From IMG/VR virus record IMGVR_UViG_3300045988_060257: 40,786 nt of DNA; one strand, given 5' to 3'. The notes under the pieces are model-generated. The model was not told where the DNA came from. It was given only the letters and a program-made list of their open reading frames with translations, and did not search any database. Made by a program: the position numbers and the translations under genes. Origin of the DNA: a virus. The number at the start of each line of letters is the position of its first letter. Within the stretch, counting starts at the first letter, position 1. This document shows positions 27,783-35,637 of the stretch, piece by piece.

Positions 27783-29968
27783 CGCATGAAGTAGTGCTGC
27801 ATGGGTACAACGTAAAGCCTGGCTCTCTGCAGCTTGGAACTTTTGACAGTTACGGTATCGAGGAGCTGCATGTGACGGCAGATGACAGTTGGGATGGGCT
27901 GGACATTCTGGCCGTATTCCACGCGCCGAACGGGACTGCGAAAAAGGTTGTTGTTGGGGCAGACGGTATGCTTGCCGTACCGCCGGAAGCTACGGCGAAG
28001 CAGGCAGGCGTTGGCAGAATTGTTTTTGTTGGGCTTGCGGAAAACGTGCAGCGCATTACTGTGGACATGGGATACAATATCAAGCCGCACTCTGACATCG
28101 AGGGAGACAACCCCGGCACGCCGACGCCGGATGTGGTGCAGCAGATTCTTGCCAACTCGAACAATGCCGTCAGCATTGCCACGGCGGCGCAGGACGCCGC
28201 CGAGAACGCCCGACAAGCCGCTGAGGATGCGGCCAAAAAGGCGGGCGAGGGAGCGGGCGGCGCTGCTGCCAGTGCAGCGGCCGCCAAAAAGAGCGCCGAG
28301 GACGCTGCTGCATCCAGCAAGAGCGCGGCGAGCAAGGCAGAGGAGTCCGCATCCTCCGCCAGTGCGGCCGCTAAGAATGCCAAAGCAGCTCAGACCGCAC
28401 AGGGCAGCGCCGAAAATGCTGCTCAGACAGCCGCTGATGCAGCGGGTGCCGCTAGACAAGCTGCTGGCGTGGCCGACAGTGCCGCTAAGGCTTCCAGCAC
28501 CAGTGCTGGCGAGGCCGCACAGAGTGCAGAGGCGGCTGAAACTGCCAAGCAGAGAGCAGAGGACGCGGCAAAAAAGGCGCTTGAAGCAAAAACGGGCTCG
28601 GAAAACGCCCTGCAAGATGCTGACGCAGCAAAAGATGCCGCAAGTGGCTATGCCGATGCTGCGGCAGAAAAAGCTACAGCAGCATCGAAATCCGAGAAGA
28701 GCGCTGCTGATAGCGCGGCGGCGGCTAAAAAGTCGGCGGATGATGCCAACAACACTGCCAACAGCATCAAGGATTCTATGACACAAATTTCCGAGAACAA
28801 GGAGGCGGTTAGTCAGCTAAAGGAAGATATAGAGAGTACAAATTCTATTCTTGAAGAAAATTTAGTTCGGATTAGCGCAAACCTTATAAACCCAGACAAC
28901 ATGCTTGAAAATACAGCTATTACAATTTCAAATAGAATTTCGACCTCATCAAATACAACGTACAAGTCCTATCTAAACATACCTGTTAAAGCCGGAGAAT
29001 CGTATTATATTGGAAATTCGCATAGGGTGTCTTGCGTTATTGACAGCGCAGAAAATAAGTTGGTCTTGCAGTCTAATACACAAAATAAAACAGGCCCGTT
29101 TATTTTCAATGTAGAAAAAAGTGGCTTGCTATGCGTATGCTTTTACATGACAGAGGAAAAGCCGTGGGTTGCACTTGCTGAAAAAGAAACAGAATACGAA
29201 GAGTACGGAAGTAAGTTGTTGCAGGAATGGCTTAAACTACAAATTGAGAAGTATGGCTATTCAAATCCGTTAAAAGGGAAAACAATATATAATTTCGGTG
29301 ATAGCATATCAAATGGGCAAGGTAATTTGGTAGGCGATAAACGCCTTGGCCCCGCAGAGCTTGTTGCTCTTGATAACGATATGGTCTGCACTGATTTTGC
29401 TGTCAGTGGTTCCACAATGTCTACTGCTGGAGGCGGGAATTATACCTTAAAAAGGATTAACGATGCTATATCGGCGAGCCCTATTACGCCCGACTTTGTG
29501 CTTCTTGCCGGAGGAATCAATGATCTAAAAGTTACATCGGTTGGCGATTTTTCAGAGCCGTCAAGCAACGATGACTTCGGAGAAGAATACATCGGTTTGC
29601 TCGATACATCGAATTTTTCCGGTGCATTTGAAACTGCAATTTATAGAATTTTGAACGCTTGGCCCGGAACACAGTTGATATACATGACGGAGCACAAAAT
29701 GCCAAGCCATTACAATGATGGAACGGAAACTTTATATCAAACTGCGGAAAAAATTTGCAAAAAATGGTGCGTTCCCATATTGGATATGTGGAATAGTGGC
29801 GGGTTAAATATGTCCGTGCTCGCAAATAACAAAGCGTATGGAACGGGTGATGCAAACTTAGATGGTATACACACAGATACAACACACCCTAACGGAGAAG
29901 CATACAGACTATACTATGTTCCAAAATTAAAGTCAAAACTTTTAGAGTGTTGCCCTAAAACCAATTAA
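27779..29968 (+). CDS. tail fibre with Ala-rich coiled coil and C-terminal SGNH/GDSL hydrolase domain
   Basis: GDSIS block at 29297-29311 and a late DGIHTDTTHPN block. About 200 aa of A/S/K/E-rich helix in the middle. Base composition switches to AT-rich from about 28790. Confidence 0.7.
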   Translation: MTHEVVLHGYNVKPGSLQLGTFDSYGIEELHVTADDSWDGLDILAVFHAPNGTAKKVVVGADGMLAVPPEATAKQAGVGRIVFVGLAENVQRITVDMGYNIKPHSDIEGDNPGTPTPDVVQQILANSNNAVSIATAAQDAAENARQAAEDAAKKAGEGAGGAAASAAAAKKSAEDAAASSKSAASKAEESASSASAAAKNAKAAQTAQGSAENAAQTAADAAGAARQAAGVADSAAKASSTSAGEAAQSAEAAETAKQRAEDAAKKALEAKTGSENALQDADAAKDAASGYADAAAEKATAASKSEKSAADSAAAAKKSADDANNTANSIKDSMTQISENKEAVSQLKEDIESTNSILEENLVRISANLINPDNMLENTAITISNRISTSSNTTYKSYLNIPVKAGESYYIGNSHRVSCVIDSAENKLVLQSNTQNKTGPFIFNVEKSGLLCVCFYMTEEKPWVALAEKETEYEEYGSKLLQEWLKLQIEKYGYSNPLKGKTIYNFGDSISNGQGNLVGDKRLGPAELVALDNDMVCTDFAVSGSTMSTAGGGNYTLKRINDAISASPITPDFVLLAGGINDLKVTSVGDFSEPSSNDDFGEEYIGLLDTSNFSGAFETAIYRILNAWPGTQLIYMTEHKMPSHYNDGTETLYQTAEKICKKWCVPILDMWNSGGLNMSVLANNKAYGTGDANLDGIHTDTTHPNGEAYRLYYVPKLKSKLLECCPKTN

Positions 29969-30014
29969 CTAAAGAGGGCTTTAGCTGACTATCAAACAGA
30001 AAGGACAACAAACC

Positions 30015-30125
30015 ATGAGACTTTCAAACGGTGAAGTCCGACTGAAAGACCTACCGGCAGGCCCTACGCGGTGGAGTGGCCTGTGCCGCCTGCTGGTGAT
30101 GAATAATGATGAGGTGATACCTTGA
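30015..30125 (+). CDS. possible 36-aa ORF upstream of the endolysin
   Basis: ATG after GAAAGGA. The stop overlaps the endolysin TTG start (TTGA). Confidence 0.25.
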   Translation: MRLSNGEVRLKDLPAGPTRWSGLCRLLVMNNDEVIP

Positions 30126-31366
30126 CAGGAATTTTTAAAGGACGATTTCGGGTGCGGTACAACTACGCCCGATTTGGTTACACGCGGGGCGGCGGCAAGA
30201 CGTGGCATGGCGGCATTGATCTGGAAGCGCTGGACGATGATACCATTTACATGCCAACCTACAAGGGCAAGAGCATTTCCGGCACGGTGACCCGGGCGCG
30301 GATTGTGACCGACAAAAACAATGCGACGTGGGAGTGGGGATATTACGTCTGTGTCCAGCTGGACGCAAACCAGACGCCGGATGCCGTCAACTACCTGTAT
30401 TTCTGCCACTGCGCCAAGCTGCTGGTCAAGGCTGGGCAGAAAGTCAAGAGCGGCGAAGCGCTGGCCGTTATGGGCAACACCGGCAATGCCGCGTTGGCAG
30501 ACCCGCCCTACAAGCACTGCCATTTCGAGGTGCGTGCCACTGCCACCGGCAAGGGACTTGACCCGACGGCGTATGCGGGCTGCCAGAATGAGGTGGGAAC
30601 CTACGGTAACCATCCTGCGCAGACAAGCGGTGAGGAAGTGCTGATTGATGTATCCCACCACCAGGGCGCTATCGACTGGGCGAGTGTTCCCTACCGCGCC
30701 ATTGTTCGCATTGGCTATCGCGGCTACGGCAGCGGAAAGCTTATGAAAGACGATCAGTACGATGCTAACCTTGCAGGGGCAAAAGCAAGCGGAAAGCTGT
30801 TCGGCTTTTACTTTTTCTCGCAGGCCATCACGGTGGACGAAGCCCGCGAGGAAGCAGACTTCTGCGCAAGCATTGCTCCGGCTGGCTACCCGCTGTTTTT
30901 CGACAGCGAATGGGGGCATACGACCGATGCTGGCATACATGATGGTCGCGCCGACAACTTGACGAAAGACCAGCGAACGGCAATCGCAATGGTGTTTTGT
31001 GAGAGAGCCAAGACGCACGGATTTACGGCAGGCGTCTACACCTTCACATCGTTTGCGAGCACGAATATCGACTACGCTTATATGTGCGAGGATTATATCG
31101 GCTGGCTGGCCGATACGCGCACGAACTACGATAAGACGCTGCCGCGATACATCCACCAATACGGGCAGGGCAGCGTCGCAGGTATCACCGGCGTGGTTGA
31201 CCTTAACCATTTAGTTAAGACCCTGCCTGCAGTGGACAAGCCTGCAAGCAAGTTACAAGTGATTACCATTGGGCCGGTATCGCAGGGAGATGCGGATGCA
31301 ATCTACTTGCTGTGTAGGGAACGCGGCCTGGCGGATGCCGGGCTGTATAAGAGTGAGTGGGCATAA
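30122..31366 (+). CDS. bifunctional endolysin: M23 peptidase + GH25 muramidase
   Basis: WHGGIDL...HCHFEV (M23). VLIDVSHHQGAIDW...FYFFSQA (GH25). TTG start after GAGGTGA. Confidence 0.8.
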   Translation: MTGIFKGRFRVRYNYARFGYTRGGGKTWHGGIDLEALDDDTIYMPTYKGKSISGTVTRARIVTDKNNATWEWGYYVCVQLDANQTPDAVNYLYFCHCAKLLVKAGQKVKSGEALAVMGNTGNAALADPPYKHCHFEVRATATGKGLDPTAYAGCQNEVGTYGNHPAQTSGEEVLIDVSHHQGAIDWASVPYRAIVRIGYRGYGSGKLMKDDQYDANLAGAKASGKLFGFYFFSQAITVDEAREEADFCASIAPAGYPLFFDSEWGHTTDAGIHDGRADNLTKDQRTAIAMVFCERAKTHGFTAGVYTFTSFASTNIDYAYMCEDYIGWLADTRTNYDKTLPRYIHQYGQGSVAGITGVVDLNHLVKTLPAVDKPASKLQVITIGPVSQGDADAIYLLCRERGLADAGLYKSEWA

Positions 31367-31385
31367 AGCCTGGAAAGACGTAAAA

Positions 31386-31637
31386 ATGACGGATTGGGAT
31401 ATCGTAAAAGACATCGTTGTCCTTTTGGGGATCATCGTCACCGTGACGGGGCCACTGCTTAAGCTTAACACAAGCATTGTGGAGTTAAAAACGCTGTTGG
31501 ATAACGTCATCAAGCAGGTGGCGGACAACGATAAGGGCAACACAGAAAGTCATCGCCGCTTGTGGGCGCACAACACCGAGCAAGACAAAATTTTGACAGA
31601 CCACGAGCAGCGTTTACACGACCTTGAGGATAAGTGA
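31386..31637 (+). CDS. BhlA/UviB-type holin-like protein
   Basis: N-terminal TM IVKDIVVLLGIIVTVTGPLL followed by a coiled coil. An internal ATG of track ORF 31269..31637. Confidence 0.5.
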   Translation: MTDWDIVKDIVVLLGIIVTVTGPLLKLNTSIVELKTLLDNVIKQVADNDKGNTESHRRLWAHNTEQDKILTDHEQRLHDLEDK

Positions 31638-31647
31638 GGTAAAATCC

Positions 31648-31842
31648 ATGAACGATTTTTTAAAAAATTTTGCGGCGCTGATTAAGGTGAAAACCATTGT
31701 GACGCTTGTGGTGGTTGCGGTTTTTGCGGTGCTGGCATTGCAGAGCAAATTACAGCCTGACACGGTCATGACCATTGTGACAATGGTCGTGGCTTTTTAT
31801 TTTGGTACACAGACCGAAAGCAAGAACAAGAAGGATGAGTAA
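31648..31842 (+). CDS. holin (two TM segments)
   Basis: RBS GAGGT. TIVTLVVVAVFAVLAL and VMTIVTMVVAFYFG, with a charged C-terminus. Confidence 0.6.
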   Translation: MNDFLKNFAALIKVKTIVTLVVVAVFAVLALQSKLQPDTVMTIVTMVVAFYFGTQTESKNKKDE

Positions 31843-31844
31843 TC

Positions 31845-32009
31845 ATGCCAAAGTTTGATTTTGTCGGCGGTTTGCTGACCGATGAAGAAACGGACGTTTT
31901 GCAGCTTCGGCGGCGCGGCTGGCGCAATGCTGATATTGCGGCAGAACTGAATTGCAGCGAGCGCACGGTAAAACGGCGCGTACACAGCATCAAAAACAAA
32001 ATAGGCTGA
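31845..32009 (+). CDS. small LuxR/sigma region-4-type HTH protein (54 aa)
   Basis: LTDEETDVLQLRRRGWRNADIAAELNCSERTVKRRVHSIKNKIG. Below the ORF-track size cutoff. Confidence 0.55.
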   Translation: MPKFDFVGGLLTDEETDVLQLRRRGWRNADIAAELNCSERTVKRRVHSIKNKIG

Positions 32010-32015
32010 TTTAAA

Positions 32016-32054
32016 GGGCACGGCTGCTTTTGCGGCCGCGCCCTTTTTTCTTTT
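32016..32054 (+). terminator. intrinsic terminator
   Basis: GGGCACGGCTGC-TTTT-GCGGCCGCGCCC stem followed by TTTTTTCTTTT. Confidence 0.7.
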
Positions 32055-32062
32055 GTCCCAAA

Positions 32063-32112
32063 GACGGCACAATGTTGGCACTTTACTGGCCTACGTTGTG
32101 CCGTTTTTTTTT
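32063..32112 (+). terminator. second intrinsic terminator
   Basis: ACGGCACAA...TTGTGCCGT stem followed by T8. Confidence 0.7.
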
Positions 32113-32141
32113 GTACAATTAAGGAAAAAGGAGCGGTGCAG

Positions 32142-32519
32142 ATGGCATATAGGCAAATCAACCTAAACCCAGAGCAAAAGCGCGTTGGCGATTGCACCGT
32201 CAGAGCCATTGCGGCCGCCACGCATCAAGAGTGGGCGGCTGTATATGCGGCGCTTGTGTTGGCAGGATTTGAACTACATGATATGCCGTCTGCAAACTAT
32301 GTTTGGGGCAGCTATCTGCGCCGATGCGGGTGGAAGCGCTACACGTTGCCAAACAGCTGCCCGGATTGTTACACAGTGGCGCAGTTTGCAAAAGACCACC
32401 CGGACGGAACATACATTTTGGCAATGGCTACGCATGTTGTGTGCGTGCAGAATGGGGATTGGCTAGATACATGGGACAGCGGAGATGAAGTGCCGCTGTA
32501 CTACTGGCAGAAAGGATGA
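32142..32519 (+). CDS. hypothetical protein with possible papain-like Cys/His pattern
   Basis: RBS AAGGAAAAAGGAG. GDCTVRAIAAA...THVVCV...DTWD. Confidence 0.35.
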   Translation: MAYRQINLNPEQKRVGDCTVRAIAAATHQEWAAVYAALVLAGFELHDMPSANYVWGSYLRRCGWKRYTLPNSCPDCYTVAQFAKDHPDGTYILAMATHVVCVQNGDWLDTWDSGDEVPLYYWQKG

Positions 32520-32525
32520 TTGACA

Positions 32526-32957
32526 ATGGCGTTTGGCGTACCGTATCAGCCCGGATTTGCGCCGGGATATTACCCGATGGGGCAGCCGTCCGCAATGCCA
32601 GACCAGCTGGCGCAGCTGCGGCAGAACTACCAGCAACCGCAGCAGTCCGCGCCTATCATCTGGGTGCAGGGTGAAGAGGGCGCGAAGGCCTACATGGTGG
32701 CGGCTGGAAACAGTGTGCTACTGATGGACAGCGAAAACAGTGTGTTCTACATCAAGTCTACTGATGCAAGCGGGATGCCGCAACCACTGCGAGTATTTGA
32801 CTACACAGAGCGCGGCAAACAGGCCCCGCAGAAGCCCGAAACAGTAGACGATAAGTTTGTCACGCGAGCAGAGTTTGACGCTCTACGTGCCCGCTTTGAC
32901 GCGCTGACGGCAGATAAGCCGGGAAAGGGTGATAACAATGCCAAATCCACTGTTTAA
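32526..32957 (+). CDS. hypothetical P/Q-rich protein
   Basis: Low-complexity N-terminus (YQPGFAPGYYPMGQP, QQPQQ), then IIWVQGEEGAKAYMVAAGNSVLLMDSENSVFYIKSTD. Confidence 0.5.
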   Translation: MAFGVPYQPGFAPGYYPMGQPSAMPDQLAQLRQNYQQPQQSAPIIWVQGEEGAKAYMVAAGNSVLLMDSENSVFYIKSTDASGMPQPLRVFDYTERGKQAPQKPETVDDKFVTRAEFDALRARFDALTADKPGKGDNNAKSTV

Positions 32958-33156
32958 TGCTCTGGGCGGCGGTAAGCTGCCCGGCCCGATGGGGCAGTTT
33001 CAGCAGATGATGCAGCAGTTTCAGCAATTTCGGCAAAATTTTCAGGGCGACCCAAAACAAGAGGTGCAGAAACTGCTACAGTCCGGGAAGATGAGCCAGC
33101 AGCAGCTTAACCAGTTGCAGACGATGGCGCAGCAGTTTCAAGGATTTCTGAAATAG
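32938..33156 (+). CDS. hypothetical Q-rich small protein
   Basis: MPNPLFNALGGGKLPGPMGQFQQMMQQFQQFRQNFQGDPKQ... ATG after AAAGGGTGA. Confidence 0.5.
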   Translation: MPNPLFNALGGGKLPGPMGQFQQMMQQFQQFRQNFQGDPKQEVQKLLQSGKMSQQQLNQLQTMAQQFQGFLK

Positions 33157-33216
33157 GTTTGACCGTGCGCACGGTGAACATACATTAACTTTGATATTTT
33201 TTGAAAGGAGAATAAC

Positions 33217-33975
33217 ATGAGTCTTTCTTCGGACGGCACTGTAATGACGATGCCTGTTCAGCCCGCAAATACCAACAGCGGCAACGGCTGGGGTTTTGGA
33301 GGCGACGGCGCGTGGTGGATTATTATTCTGTTCTTGTTCGTATTTTGCGGCTGGGGCGGTAACTGGGGTGGCAATGGCGGCTTTGGTGCTGGCAACGGCG
33401 CTGGGGTGGTTGACGGCTATGTGCTGACCTCTGATTTCGCCAACGTTGAGCGAAAAATCGACAGTGTGAACGATGGCCTGTGCAATGGTTTCTACCAGCA
33501 GGCGCAGCTTGTAAACGGTGTGCAGAACGCTATGCAGCAGGGCTTTATGTCGGCTGAAATCAGCCGTGCAAATCAGCAGGCGGCGTTTATGCAGCAGCTG
33601 AATGCCATGCAGATGCAGCAGGCCAACTGCTGCTGCGAGACCCGCGCAGCAATCCAGGGAGTGAATTACAACCTGGCCACGCAGGCATGCGAGACCCGGC
33701 AGAGCATCAACACTGGTACGCGCGACATCATCGACAACCAGAACGCCAACGCAAGAGCGATTCTTGACGCGATGACCGCACAGCGCATCGAAGCTAAGGA
33801 CGCCAAGATTGCCGAGCAGAACCAGCAGATTTTCGCTGCTCAGCTTGCCGCAAGTCAGGCGGCGCAGAACAGCTATCTGCTGAACCAGCTGCGCCCATTG
33901 CCTGTGCCCGCCTACCAGTCTTGCAACCCCTGGGCAGCTGGCACTTATAACGGCTGCAACGGCTGCGGCTGCTAA
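33217..33975 (+). CDS. hypothetical membrane protein: G/W-rich TM region, Q/N-rich coiled coil, Cys-rich tail
   Basis: WWIIILFLFVFCGWGGNWGGNGGFG; CCCETRAAIQGVNYNLATQACETR; C-terminus NGCNGCGC. RBS AAAGGAG. Confidence 0.6.
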   Translation: MSLSSDGTVMTMPVQPANTNSGNGWGFGGDGAWWIIILFLFVFCGWGGNWGGNGGFGAGNGAGVVDGYVLTSDFANVERKIDSVNDGLCNGFYQQAQLVNGVQNAMQQGFMSAEISRANQQAAFMQQLNAMQMQQANCCCETRAAIQGVNYNLATQACETRQSINTGTRDIIDNQNANARAILDAMTAQRIEAKDAKIAEQNQQIFAAQLAASQAAQNSYLLNQLRPLPVPAYQSCNPWAAGTYNGCNGCGC

Positions 33976-34038
33976 AACCGAATACGGCAACTTGTCGGAA
34001 CAGCCGACATGTTCGGCCCCGTGCCGATGATGCAAAAT

Positions 34039-34070
34039 GTGGCGGGGCAATCGTCCCGCCACTATTTTTT
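34039..34070 (+). terminator. intrinsic terminator
   Basis: GTGGCGGG-GCAATCGT-CCCGCCAC followed by TATTTTTT. Confidence 0.65.
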
Positions 34071-34085
34071 GAAAGGAATGATTTT

Positions 34086-34508
34086 ATGGCTGAATTTACA
34101 AACGCCAATACCGTGAGCGTGGCAGCAGGCCAGAACGTGCCACTGACGGAAACGGCAGTAGCGGGTAAGGGCTGTGTCGTACACAGAGAGGGCGCTGGTA
34201 TTGTTACGCTGCGCGGCATTACTAACCAGTGCAAAGCTCGCTTTAAAGTGGGATTTGGTGCAAACGTTGCTATCCCTACCGGCGGCACAGTGGAAGCTAT
34301 TACGGCTGCACTTTCCATCAACGGAGAACCGCTGAACAGTGCGAGTGCAACCGTGACACCGGCAGCAGTAGAAAACTATTTTAATATTTACGTGACGGCG
34401 TTTGTGGAAGTGCCGCGCGGCTGCTGCCTTACCGTTGCCGCCGAAAACACAAGCACACAAACCGTTTTGTTTGCGAACGCAAACTTTATGGTTGAGAGAG
34501 TGAGCTGA
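34086..34508 (+). CDS. hypothetical beta-rich protein, possibly a C1q/TNF-like (BclA C-terminal-domain-like) jelly roll
   Basis: 140 aa, all-beta-looking, with a sequence logic resembling exosporium BclA CTD. This rests on my recollection only. Confidence 0.3.
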   Translation: MAEFTNANTVSVAAGQNVPLTETAVAGKGCVVHREGAGIVTLRGITNQCKARFKVGFGANVAIPTGGTVEAITAALSINGEPLNSASATVTPAAVENYFNIYVTAFVEVPRGCCLTVAAENTSTQTVLFANANFMVERVS

Positions 34509-34521
34509 AAGGAGTGCTATT

Positions 34522-34917
34522 ATGAGTATGAAAGTTATGTACGATTTGAAGGACATGCTGTGCGCAGAGCTGGACGAAATCGGCAAAAAAGGCGAAATGT
34601 CTGCTGGCGACTTGGAAACTGTTCACAAGTTGACCGACACTATAAAAAACATCGACAAAATCACAATGCTGGAAGAAAGCGGTTACAGCCGCGATGAAGA
34701 TTACAGCCGGGATGGTGATTGGAACGCCAACATGCGCGGCAATTATGGACGCGGCAGTAGCTATGCGCGGCGCGGTTCGCATTATGTGCGCGGCCATTAC
34801 AGCCGAGACGATGCGCGAGACAGCATGATGCGAAAGCTGGAAGACATGTTGCGAAACGTCGATGGATACGACCGCGAGACTATCCAGCATTGCATCGATG
34901 AACTGAAAAACACTTGA
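34522..34917 (+). CDS. hypothetical protein with R/G/S/Y/D-rich low-complexity core
   Basis: ELDEIGKKGEMSAGDLETVHKLTDTIKNIDKI, then GYSRDEDYSRDGDW..RGNYGRGSSYARRGSHYVRGHYSRDD. Confidence 0.55.
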   Translation: MSMKVMYDLKDMLCAELDEIGKKGEMSAGDLETVHKLTDTIKNIDKITMLEESGYSRDEDYSRDGDWNANMRGNYGRGSSYARRGSHYVRGHYSRDDARDSMMRKLEDMLRNVDGYDRETIQHCIDELKNT

Positions 34918-34931
34918 CGGGGGTGGCGGCT

Positions 34932-35285
34932 ATGGTGGACGTGCGAGAGATTGACGGCGCTATAGCCGAAATCGAAAATAGCGAACTTACCATGACCAGA
35001 GTTAAAAATCTGGCGGCGCTGTATGTTGTGAAAAATCAGCAACTTGCAGATGTATCCCCTGCCCCACAAAAAGCAGAATGGCAAGAGCCTGCGCGTTACT
35101 ACGAAGCGGCAGAGCCACCCACAAGGGCTGCTGTTGGCGGCAGTGACTTTTTGCAGGCTGTGTCAAACGTAGACACCACAGCAGCGCTGAACGTGCTGGA
35201 TGAGCTTATGTCTGCCTTGTATGTAACAAACCCTAAAGTTTATAATAACGTAATGCGGAAATTGGAGCGTTTACAGGATGAGTGA
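34932..35285 (+). CDS. hypothetical protein (alternative TTG start 34914)
   Basis: ATG lies 6 nt after GGGGGTG. The C-terminus LNVLDELMSALYVTNPKVYNNVMRKLERL is paralogous to the next small ORF. Confidence 0.5.
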   Translation: MVDVREIDGAIAEIENSELTMTRVKNLAALYVVKNQQLADVSPAPQKAEWQEPARYYEAAEPPTRAAVGGSDFLQAVSNVDTTAALNVLDELMSALYVTNPKVYNNVMRKLERLQDE

Positions 35286-35415
35286 ATTTTTGGAAATTGT
35301 AAGCAAGGCCGATACCGGGCGAGTGTGGCGTGTGCTGGATGAGTTTATGGATGCGCTGAAAGAAGCACGGCCGGAAGTGTATAACGATTTGGTACACAGC
35401 TTGCAGAGAAAATAA
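35278..35415 (+). CDS. hypothetical 45-aa protein
   Basis: MSEFLEIVSKADTGRVWRVLDEFMDALKEARPEVYNDLVHSLQRK. It overlaps the previous stop. Below the track cutoff. Confidence 0.45.
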   Translation: MSEFLEIVSKADTGRVWRVLDEFMDALKEARPEVYNDLVHSLQRK

Positions 35416-35418
35416 GCA

Positions 35419-35440
35419 AGTGTGTACTAAAGTGTGTACT
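35419..35440 (+). repeat. tandem decamers AGTGTGTACT-AA-AGTGTGTACT (candidate integrase arm-type site)
   Basis: The same decamer pair recurs at 35615-35637, on the other side of the attP core. Confidence 0.6.
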
Positions 35441-35449
35441 TGAAAAAGG

Positions 35450-35486
35450 AAACACCGTAGATTTCAACGAATCTACGGTGTTTTTT
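35450..35486. terminator. bidirectional intrinsic terminator abutting the attP core
   Basis: 14-bp stem AAACACCGTAGATT/AATCTACGGTGTTT, flanked by an A-rich run on the left and a T-run on the right. Confidence 0.75.
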
Positions 35487-35487
35487 G

Positions 35488-35513
35488 TGGTGGAGGATGG
35501 GGGACTCGAACCC
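35488..35513 (-). other. attP core: 3'-terminal fragment of a tRNA gene (T-loop, acceptor 3' strand, CCA)
   Basis: The minus strand reads GGGTTCGAGTCCCCCATCCTCCACCA. Sequence 5' of it does not fold as a tRNA. The integrase gene is adjacent. Confidence 0.7.
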
Positions 35514-35614
35514 TGACGGATTAAAACCCGCCCGTTCCAAATCATCGTATTGCCGCTATTTATTCAACGCGCCGTTTTGCATTTCCGCCCCTAAAAAACG
35601 TCCCCACAGAAAAA

Positions 35615-35637
35615 AGTGTGTACTAAAAGTGTGTACT
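35615..35637 (+). repeat. tandem decamers AGTGTGTACT-AAA-AGTGTGTACT (candidate integrase arm-type site)
   Basis: Direct-repeat partner of 35419-35440. It overlaps the int stop codon region. Confidence 0.6.

Noticed and set aside
28170-28760. Apparent repetitiveness of the Ala-rich segment, considered as a DNA tandem repeat or contingency locus.
   Set aside because: It is only compositional (A/S/K/E heptad-like) repetition at the protein level. I found no exact nucleotide unit that recurs.
27689-28786. Alternative-frame and antisense ORFs (27689..28786 -, 27882..28781 +, 27850..28383 -) within the tail fibre gene.
   Set aside because: They are artefacts of the GCN-rich Ala/Ser-coding coiled-coil region, which lacks stops in several frames. 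The fibre frame has the coherent domain structure.
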